DNA of 51,691 nucleotides, filler included, from Catajapyx aquilonaris (Eukaryota): assembly GCA_000934665.2 (NCBI GenBank). It is 2 parts of 2 records of this genome, joined end to end, with 100 filler letters (N's around TTAATTAATTAA, not from the genome) between each part and the next. Parts side by side here need not be neighbours in the genome. Positions count along the whole stretch, not along the records: positions 1 to 25,796 come from JYFJ02005300.1; 1 more part is not named here. One strand, written 5' to 3'. The position numbers and the translations under genes were made by a program. Positions 1 to 10,700 of this stretch are shown in pieces. Positions within the stretch are counted from its first letter, which is position 1. Each line of letters opens with the position of its first letter. The notes under the pieces are model-generated. The model was given only the letters and a program-made list of their open reading frames with translations. It made no database searches and was not told where the DNA came from.

Positions 1-347
1 AAAGAAACCTGGTTTTATCATATACCAAGCTCGGTGAAACCGGCCCTAAGGCTGCCCGTCAGATGATGGACAAACAAGTGGGATCAACTTTTTCCCGTAA
101 ATACGAAGATATTTTTTTTTCTAAGAATAGCTGCTCGTGCCAGTTGGGGAGGAGAAATTCCTTTAGGCAAAATATGGTAAAAAAATACAATTAAATATCT
201 TTACCGAACCTCATTTATTTGCTTTAGAGTATTTTAATCCTAATTGAGCTCAATTTTAATCAACTTGTCACAGATTTCTCTTCACATTATGACTAGATTA
301 TTTTCTTATTACTCATTTTACTAACGCATAATTATTAATTTTCCAAA

Positions 348-517
348 GCAAATTTCATCCTGCTGGTTGGATAACCCGTTGCACAAGGGTGGCTCACGTG
401 TGGCTCATGACACTCAGGATATGTCATGAAGGGACACAAGATTTATCCTGACTGTCGTGAGCCACACATGAGCCACCCTTGTGCAACGGGTTATCCAACC
501 AGCAGGATGAAATTTGC
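348..517. repeat. Long palindrome (MITE-like), 74-bp arms
   Basis: 348-421 is the reverse complement of 444-517 with 3 mismatches and a 22-nt spacer. Weak extension to 341/524 (ttcca/tggaa). Confidence 0.9.
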
Positions 518-1161
518 AATGGAAGTCATAATGTGTCAAAACAGCCAGCAACAATTTGTTAGTAGTTAATAAGTGCTCTATTAAGGTTTAATGACTGTTG
601 CATGGCCACATGCCAATATTATATCATATTAATTTCATAATTATTAGGATTGGGCAATAAACAACTGATCATGATGGACAACTGCATGTCAATAGCCAAA
701 AGTAATGTGTTGGCTTGTTATTTCTATCCCGAATGTCATAATATTGCCCACTTCAATTATGGTGCGTATATTATAAAACCAGTACACAGTACACAGTAGC
801 TATGAATTAAAGTGATGTGGTTTGGAGATGCTTAAGTATACAGCCCAAAACTGAAAATCGTTATGCGTAATTCGCAACCTTTTTGGCAAATTAGAAACTT
901 ACACCATGTTGCTAAAAGATTTATAAAGCACTTAGTAATTTCTGATGTTGCATAATATGCTCACCCCGTTTCTCAAAACCACAGAAGGTTTTCCAGCTAC
1001 TTCCTGATACCACGCAATCCACATGGCGTTGTTGATAACGAAAGACAGAAACAGGTTTTTGTGAATGGTGATCCTCGGGCATTTGAGCGATCTGGACCGG
1101 AGGGGAAAAAGAGAGAATCGATTAGAAGTATCCGCCCCAAAGTCTCCTCTCTTGCACTTAC

Positions 1162-1253
1162 TTGAAGTAGAAAAAAATAGCCAGACTGATGCACAGAGCT
1201 ATGAGTGATATGGAGTATCCGGATATGCACAGGGCAATGATGAATTGACGTAT
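1162..1253 (-). CDS. GPCR exon G: stalk and TM1 (IRQFIIALCISGYSISLIALCISLAIFFYFK)
   Basis: 92 nt. Acceptor tttctgcag|ATA, donor TTCAA|gtaagt; phase 0 to phase 2. Hydrophobic class B TM1 with the GYSxS motif. Confidence 0.95.
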
Positions 1254-4200
1254 CTGCAGAAATACACAAAGGTTAGTACATTGCACAAGTATAGATGATG
1301 GTTGCTCCTCTTTAAAGGATTTGCCAGTTTGAACAATCTCATAGCTGTACCTTTCATTTACGCCAGTGCATCGTTAGACATCATAGATACATAACTCAAA
1401 ATTTTTATATAAGTTAATGGCAGGTCACCTTGAGGTCTTCCAGATCCACGCAGGTGGTGTAGTTGGACCAGGGCTGCCCGGAAGCTGGATGCTTGAACCA
1501 AGACCCATTCTCCATGCACAATTTATGAGCATATCCTGTAATTGAGAGGAAGGAATTCCGGGTCACTTCCTACCCCTCGAGAGGCTTTTCCAAGTTTAAA
1601 TCCAAGCCCCCCCTTCCGACCTGCACTTTGGCCTTTTTATGAAACCTAAAGGATGCTTCTGGAACTATAATGCTTCAGGGGTGGGAGCGTTGTCTCCTCT
1701 CTTGTTTTTACCCCCCCTCCAGAAAGCTAATGTGCTTTACGGCCCTAATACACAGGAGAAATGCTCCGACATGACTACAGACTCAGGGAAGCCCCTGACT
1801 TGCGTATCAATAACACGTCATTTATTGGCTTAGTAACACCGGTAATGATCCAGGATTAGGAGGCACTAAGGATGCCACCAGCCTTGTTCCAAATGGCCAG
1901 TCGGTCGCAAAGGGATGGTGATGGGCTGATGGTTGGGGAAAAAGGACCCATTCATTTTGGAGGAGGCAGGGGTCCAGAAAGGGCTGGTAAGACAGGTGAT
2001 TATGCATGCTTTTGCTGAACGGTGTCCTGGGAGCTGATTGATTTAGAGCAGAGAAAAGCTGGGAGTCCCTTCCATACTGATGAAGGGATCAAAAGTTTAT
2101 GGGTTTGCAAATCTTAGTGCACGGGGGTTCCTCACGTCCTGTTTTTTTGTTGCTTTGGGTCAATTTCCTGCGGGGTTTAAAAAAGATCGATTGCAAAAGG
2201 CGGTACATTGGCCCAGAGGAGGAGAAAAACAAGGTGGATGGCGATTCGAAAAACGTGCCCAAGAATGTGGATGGAACTGATTGTAATCGGGTTAAAGGAA
2301 ACGTGACGTGCCTGCGGGTTTGGTCTGACGGGTACTTACTGGATGTGTCGAATCCGGTGATGAAGTAAGGGCAGTTGGTCACTGCGATGTTGCCTGCAGG
2401 GGTGTCGTTCCAGCATGACCAACCGTCGAATGTACGAGGGCAGAACAGACCTGTTGGATTTACAAAAATTTGTAAATATCGCGTATAAAGCAAAAATGTG
2501 GGTTGATCCTGTCTAAATTATTTGCTGTGGTAAACAACTCACTACTGTATAGCTGTGTGTGATGCATGTATCCTGCTTGAGGCTATCGGGGCTGCATTTT
2601 TACTCTAGAGGCTAGTAAGGCAATATCTTGAAATATTTATTGTTCACATGCAATTTATCTGATATGCAGAGCAATCGGGAATGTTGACTTTTTAAATGCA
2701 GGACCTGCGTAATCTACCGTCATCACATGTTGGTCTGATGGAGGGAGTATACGACAGTTACACGGTCCAGGGTGCTGTATTATTCAACGCCTCAGTTGGC
2801 GACCTGTAGAGCGAGCAGAGTACAAGTCGATAATGTATCATCTCTGGAGTAATATGCCTTGCACTGCTTTTGTTTGAACAAATGTCTCATCTGACGTGTG
2901 AAAATGTATGGTTCAATACATTGAGCAAAAAGTAGAGGCGTAACCTGCTGATTTTTACTTCTATTTAATGATTGCGGACCAATGTTAGCGTTGATAATAA
3001 TGGGCTATAATAATTCGATCAGGTGTACGTGACATCATGAGTGCCATTTCAAGAGTTTTGTGCCAACATGCGTGAAATGTTCATTAACGAAGACTACCAA
3101 GTTATAATTTCCTCAACAGCAAAAGCAGTAAGTCAACATACTCAGATAAGTAACTTTTCAGTTGAACTTTCAGAATGTCGCTTGAACTTTGCCAATTATA
3201 AACTTCTAACTATCTGCGACTCCCAATTTTTTATTCGTTGTCTCCCGAGTGTAGGAGTATAGAGAAAGGTCATAATGTAAAAAAAAAGGACTTGCATGTG
3301 TAGGTTGCAATATAAAATGAAATTCCACTTAAAGCGTAATAAACGCAAAATTGGACTTAATCGTAAGTTATTGAACTGTATGATCGTTAAATAATTTTTG
3401 TATTATCCAAGCTGAAAGAGTAACAATAATTAAAATAGCCTATCTGTAATATTTAGAGCCCGTTTTATGCTTGGCGGTGGAATAGATTATGACACTTAAA
3501 CTTATACATATAGACACAGTCTCCAATAATACTATCTCTTGAATTTCACTACAATAAAGTATTACTGCGAATTCCAGGACTAATATTTCATCAATATATT
3601 TTATTAACCACATCCTGGTATCCAATCGAACAATATTATTGCATAGAACAGCTTGGTGGCCCTCGAGTTCCAGGAATTCAATTAACACGCACTATAACCC
3701 CGCAGAAAGCACAAACTAAGCATTCCCACAGATAATGAAGTAGTAAAGTGGCGCCGCAACGCGCAATAAAACATTCGCCTCAATTACATAAATTGTTGAT
3801 TCATTTGTCCATTATGCAAAGGGCGGCGCCAAATAATCACAGGCACGCCTGGTTAAAACACCATCATGCTGCTCTTCTCTATGAGCTTGTACAAACAGAG
3901 TAGTGTGTCGGCTATGGGAATGGTTTCGCTGCAAATCTGACGGACATGACCCCATAATGTTTGTGATGATCCGTACAAACCCCTTGCTTTCGCATTGTGT
4001 GAAAACCTGTCTCTTACTTTGTTTCACCGCCATTTTAACGAGCATAGTTTAAGAGGCACTTGAGCTATTGTGTTTGGGACGCAATCAGTGCAATAAAACG
4101 TCTCATAACTGCGGCTACGTGCGATTGTGAACACTCCGCCAACTATGATGTAATTATGATCGGGGTTTCATTGCACGGATAGTGTGTCGCATCACGATGT

Positions 4201-4729
4201 TGCAGGGGAATCTGGAGAGAGATAGATCGCTGATGGCGCCACGGACTAATTCTGGATACGAGAGCCAAGCTGATCAAATTAGAGGGCAGAAAGTGGAATA
4301 AAAAGGGTGACGGATTTGGCAGCCATTGTTTCCATTTGATGGGAGCGAAAGTCTAAATTGGATCACCGTGGCAGTTCAGAACTGTCTCTCTCTCATACAC
4401 ACACACACACCAAAAGCCCGGGTCATGCTACCTATGTCAGACATTTCGGTTGCTTTGGCCTTCCGACCGTTAAAAACCGTTAAGTTCAGGGCGATGGACA
4501 CGCTTTTGTATTGAAACTTTAAAATAAAGGCAGCTCCCGACTTACGCAGATTCTGACTTCCGTAAAAAAATTTCGACATGAGGTATTTATGACGCTAACT
4601 GGTGCGCCGGATTCCGAAACCACAACACTTATTAAGTAGGTCCCAGATATTTTGACTATCTGTAGGGTACAGTAGCCTACAGAATAACACCAATCCCCCA
4701 AAAACGGTTATGCCTTCGCAAGGGGTTAC

Positions 4730-4790
<61 letters not shown>

Positions 4791-7700
4791 TAATAATAAC
4801 AACAACACCGGGACCTGGGACGCAGCAAAAAGTGTTGTGGTTTCGCAATGTTTCATCAGATATGTCACATGGCTCCGAGTTACTGAAAATTCGTCTTACT
4901 CATAATGTTGCGGAACAATATTTTTTCACATAATTAAGTCGGTGGCTCTCTGTACATTGTTTTCGTCGCGTATCCAACCAGCTTGTGTGGTGGCGATTTT
5001 AAAGGCCACTGAGAAGATGAGAGCCATTACATGGCGATGTGTTAGCAGGATTGGCAATGGGATTCTGGAATGATGGAGCCATCTGCCTCAGCAATTCAAA
5101 GTCGGCCATAAACCCCCGGGACTGGACTTTGGCTGCAGCTATACCATTATTCTCCAGACCATTTATGGAGCGTGTAAAAAGCGATTGCATGGAATCCAGG
5201 AAAAGCAAACCGCTCTCTTTCCAAGCGTGTGATGAAAGGTTGTTCCCAAATTCCGCTTCCTTGATTGTCAACTCTTCTTAATTCGTTAAATTAACACTCT
5301 GCTGTATTTAATGAGCAATTTTAAGTTCGGATTATTGCGAGTTTCTGGGTGTGCAAAAGGTCCCTGTAGAGATAAAGATTGACGTCGAGGATGGAAAATC
5401 AGGTGCTGTTGAAAACAGGACGAGGGTGAGGTGTTGGGCTGAGCGGCATTAAGTGTTTGGTGGAGCTCTAATTCCATCCGGGATTAGTCCTCGGGCCTTC
5501 GGATTACCGGTCGTCTCCTTTGAGATTTGCCGAAGCAGATTCATGAGCGAGGGGTTGAAACACCAAACCCGGCGGAGGTATTGTTTCATGCCCTGATGCT
5601 ACGTACAAGTTTCAATTTCGGAAGATCAGGGCGTATAGGGAAAACATGCACACAAAGTCGATTTTATAGCGTAAATTGTAACGATATTGCAAGGGTTAAA
5701 GGTCACCGAGTCGGAAGAAGGTTGGAACCCTGCATGGCCGGAAGGTCACATGGAAGCTTTTCGCTAATTAGAACGAGTCCTTGTAATAAATTGATGTAAG
5801 ACGCAAGTGGAGCGAGATGAACTGGGTCTGGTCCGGAAATTGGAGGCGCTCCAAAGCGCCTCAGGACGCGCCGCGCCGCCCAAAATCCCGCCTATTTGGA
5901 CACCGTCATTTCCAACTGGAAATGCCTGGGCGCTCTAGACAAAAAAAAACCATTGATTGCAAATTAGGCCTCCACAATTTTACTTGACCTTGCCCGCAAT
6001 TTTTTTATATTTGCAAGTTTCAGCCAATCATGCAAATGGCGGAACATTTGAATTCCAAATGGCGGCGGCTGATTAATAATTCCTGACGCAATATAACCAA
6101 AACAGTAGTCGTCACGCGTGCATTTTTTTTTTACAATAGTTCACACCCGGATTATCCTCGGAGCACATTTGCATATGGTCAACAAGGCACGTTTTGCTGG
6201 CTTCCCAATTAGTGCAAATGTCTTATAGATTCATGGCCTCGAGAGCAAATTGTAACCTGCGGAGATGTCGAAGTCGACGGTAATAACGCCCGGTCAGGTG
6301 TTGTCACATCCCCTGAAGCCAAAGATCGATCCGGTTATAAGAACCGGTCTTAGGTGAAGGACGAATTTGTTATTCACCTCCTTTAGTCCGGAGGTTCAAT
6401 TTGAACTCTGGCGGCTACAAATAGACACGGGTTGAATCGAATTCCAAGCAGTTACTCGTATAAGGCTTGATAGGTCGCTGCTAATATGATGACATCTCAG
6501 AATCGCTGCTTATTTTTAACTAGGGGTGAACCAGTTGGGTGAACCCGTTGCCAAAATTTGGCAACAATGGACGTAGTACCATATGCCACTACCAGGTGGC
6601 TCACATGCTCCCTCTCTGCACACTACTGCCAACTCAGGCGCTCAGGGGGGTATTGGTACTACATGCACGTTGGTGATGAGTCACTGTGGACAGAGTCTCG
6701 CATAGCCAATTCTACTGTACATATATGATATTACGAAAAATTGAGTTTGAAAAGGACAGATTGCTACCTTCTTCTGGAGGAGGAACGCTGCTGAGTTCTT
6801 CCATACATTCGTCTCGTCGACGTGAGAGTAGCTCTTCGACTGGGGATGGGGTCGGTGCCGATGGTGACCACTCGTTGAAAGCGGATTTGGTTATCCCTCC
6901 GAAGACTTCAGTCAGGGACTGCAATTTTGCAGTCGTTTCGTTAGACATTCGAGCAGAGTGCAACGCGGGGTTTAGCTTCAAAGGAGCTAGGAGTGGATAT
7001 CGACTACAAGGAAGGGCTTCACCGTGCCTTTAATTTTTAGCATGGCTCGATTACTTTGGCGGGTTTTGTACTGTACGTACCTCCACTTCAGAGTTTTGAA
7101 GACCACAGCCGGAGTAGTTGGCTCCTCTTCCGTCCCATTCGCCGTTGACGTCGCATGATCTCATTGCTTTAAAAGGGGATTACAAGATTGTTAATCTCTC
7201 AGGTGTTTACGGTCGACTCTGAAGCTTCCGTCTCCACAACAAAGGAGAATAAAGCCAGTTCTATCCACCTGTTGTAGCTCTTTGAAGCAACCTGCAAACC
7301 ATGAGAATTTTGCACACTTGTCAAGTCTCACCCCTATAAATTATTAACACTCAAGTTTGACAACAACCTTGCGTCAAATTGTATATACGACTAATGACAT
7401 ACCATGAGCAGTTAATTGACACTTCTGAGTACTGGCCGGTTAATCCCTCGAATTAGGGTTTGAAACGCGATCTGTTTGTTTGGGGTTTAAGCCTGTGCAA
7501 CCTCGAGAGCCGTTTGTTGGGCGTGATCATTACCGGGGTAGAAGAAGCTCTTTCCAGAAATACCTCAACAGGTCAGCCTGTTCAAGCAATTAGCTCCGGA
7601 TACTATGTCTCCGGACCTTGGTTGCAAACAAAAGTTGCGAGGTGATACACCGCTAATGGCTTTTGAGATATCTTCCTGTGACAGGAGCATGTCGGAAGGA

Positions 7701-10700
7701 GAAAGTCTGGACCTTTTTTTTCAACTTCCAACAGGTGGAGTTTCTTGCCTACATGCAAAGGGGGCTGTGGAGAATAAAATCCGGAAGGTTTATGCCCGGA
7801 AGCGTCCCCCGGAACGTAAAATCCCGGAGCGTGTACTTTTATAGTGTGGAGATACGGCCGAGCTGGAGTTAACGACCGTGCTTCTGAACTATCAAAAAGG
7901 GAAAGCATGCTCTCTTCCTATATAATTCGGTCTAAAGTCTTATATTGGAAAACTTTCTCCTTATTGTCATCCAGCTTGAAAAATATGCATCTTGTTATGG
8001 GTATTAACTTAGTCCTGATCTCCATGCAGATTATAGCCAAATGGAGCGAAATTAATGCGATTGAAAGAGAATTAGCAGAAAATTGCGTCGATCCTATTTA
8101 GGCCGACAGGATTGAACTTTGTGAGTTCATGGTATCAGACGATTGAAGAGGCTTTTAAAGAAAATACGTTTCGAAAAATAATATATGCTCAAAGACTTTT
8201 AAAAAAATTAACAATTGGAAATTATGAAAACTATTCATTGAACAGTAATTACGTAAAGATTTTTTTTTAAAGGGATGAAACTGTAGTTATTAAATTTGGT
8301 AAATGTTTACATTTAGTTCGTCGTCTTGAATCCTTCGCTTAACACTAATTGATGATCTGCATCGTAATCCAATAATTTTTAACTGCAGAGTCATCTCACG
8401 TCTGGTCCATTTCTACACTGAACTTTACACAGGAAAGATATTCCGCACACGTTTTAGAATTACAGGGACGGAACTTTGGTACGATGTGAGCTTGCGGTAG
8501 TTGAAATGAATTTTTCATTATGTTAGCTTATCCATGAGCTATTATTATCTTCACAAGGTTGACTAAACATGGCAATGTGACATGAAATAATTTATTTTTT
8601 GAAGACGTAAAATTCACAAAGATCGTCGACACAATGGAGTGACTTTGAGATATGAACTTCACAGATCATTTTGATTCCAGCATTTCTCTAATTAATCCAT
8701 GACAAGCCAACAGATGGGGTGATTCAAGGATTGTATTATGTACAATGCATAATGAAATTATGATTAATGCTCGTTCTGAATATTAGGCCTTCATTTTATT
8801 GCAGTACATTTCTACCAAACAGAGGGCGATCCAAAGAAGTGAATAATATTCCCATCATCTGTTGCATATCCACCTCCATGCAGCCTTTTGCTGAAGCATA
8901 TCCCCCCTTTAAAAGAGAGCCGGGATCAAAAAGATTAATGAGACATTTCAAGTTTCCAAGAGCTACCTCGGGTGGTGGCCGCATTAAAAACTGTGGCACG
9001 TAATCACTCTGGCGCATAATTTCGGCGAACGCGATATGAAACTTTACAGACATTGATTGGAAGTCCGGGTGACATCGACACTACTCGCCCGGGCCATTTA
9101 TCAAAACTGCAGACAAAAAGAGCATTCACATTGACACGGGGAATTTGTCGCCTGGTCATTTGTCACTTGCCTTTGCCACGACTGTTACGACTGTAGGCTG
9201 GACACGAGGCGCTGGGTGTTTCTCCAGCTGCTGTCGGGGGCCAGCATCCGATGCCGTCGAATTTTCCAGGGCAGTGAACTTTACCTGAGGACATCATTAA
9301 TGCATAGTATTAATAATATAAACAGTTATTTCCAGACCTGCCTCAAATTGCTCTTAAATGAGAACGGTTGTGTGATACATTAAAGTCGGTTGGAGTACTG
9401 CTTTAATTGCGTTATAAAAAGTCAAAGCAGGCGTTGTAGATGTACCAGATACACTATATGAAAGAGAAGAGGGCTTCAACCATGTAACTGACAGGCTTCC
9501 TCTTTTATTTGATGGCCATAAGGGGACATGAACAGCTGTGCTCAGGTAAATGGGTCCGCATTAAAAAGGGCGCTTTGTGGAATAAATCCTCGCAGCCGTA
9601 GTAATCAGGTTCCGCAGGTGTGAAAGCATTAACTGAAGAGCAAATTACACGATCATAATCCATTTTGCCACACTTGATGCAGCCGAAGAGTTGTCACCAA
9701 TTACACGACTACCCTGCATGTAATGGATGACAACCATGACATAAAAGGGGGAAGATGATACGTGGAAACATTCCCCTTCAGATTGGGAACGTCGTACCAA
9801 ATGTGTCACATAGATGGCGCACACTACTGATGACTCACCGAGGACAAATATAGAAGGCAATTTACGGTTTCTGCCATTTTGATTTCCCAACCAAATTATG
9901 AGAGGAATCAGGAAGTATGTGTTGCCTCTCCGCCTGCGTTGAGAAGGAAATATGAACATCCTTATTATGGACGTTCCTGATTAGGCTCCATTCACGTAAT
10001 CCCCGGGAATCTTTCGCATTCTAAAGCCGGAAACGGAAATATAAAATGGCGCTCTTCGATTCCCTTTCTCACTCCTTCATTCCTTTTTTTTTCCTTCCTT
10101 GCATTTTGACGGAATGGGAAGGTGAGGGTGTGGATATGACGTGCCCCCATTTTCCAGGAGGTGGCCTGCAAGAGGGGGGGCGAAAAGGGGGGTTAAAGCA
10201 AATAATGCCTGCAGAGTGTGCCCCCGGAAAACTCCGCAAACAGGCACGGTAGGCACACTCGTCTGCAAACACTCCGGAAGTGGGTGTGTGGGCCCCGCCG
10301 GATTTAACACACACAGAAAAAAAAACGTTGGAGTTAATAAAACCCCGATTTCGAAAATGCATAGTCCGGACAATTGTAGTTGGATCGCAATTTATGTAGG
10401 GTACAAATTGGGTGTGATGTTGCGTCTTTTGTGGGTAATTACAGGAATGCTTTTTAAGTACAGTGAAAGTACAGTGTCCGTAGTACTTTGCGGCGGTACT
10501 TGTTGACGGCTTGTTTGTGAGCTGAGAGTGTACACTAAATGCACGGAAGGATTTTGTGGGTGGATGGCAAAATGAGGTGGATCAGTCCGGTGTGAATAAT
10601 TTATCCGGATGCAGCAGTAGTGTCGCTTGATTAATTCATTTTGACTGAGCCGAGTGTAGGTGCTGGAATTGGACGTGTTTTTGTCACACGGACAAGTGGA

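Noticed and set aside
2089..2493. 134-aa ORF as a single-exon gene
   Set aside because: Only 2340-2450 is receptor-like and it is bounded by splice sites; the rest is intron read-through.
4595..4868. Poly-Tyr and poly-Leu ORFs, and likewise the poly-Ile/Met/Asn/Asp/Leu/Ser ORFs at 31588-31906, 40261-40633, 41768-42015 and 48618-48881
   Set aside because: They are translations of trinucleotide microsatellites.
6810..6830. SRRRD in exon D as a furin site releasing HBD1
   Set aside because: It lacks the P4 Arg of R-X-K/R-R and lies in the predicted HBD2 helix just before Cys1.
7167..7291. Extension of exon C to the acceptor-like tttgcag at 7291 as coding sequence
   Set aside because: The phase-1 reading hits TAA before the domain motifs; it could only be 5' UTR of a short isoform.
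9820..9856. Hammerhead-ribozyme-like CTGATGA-stem (also near 2076)
   Set aside because: The required GAAA core is absent (GACA or CAAAA instead) and the stems are too short.
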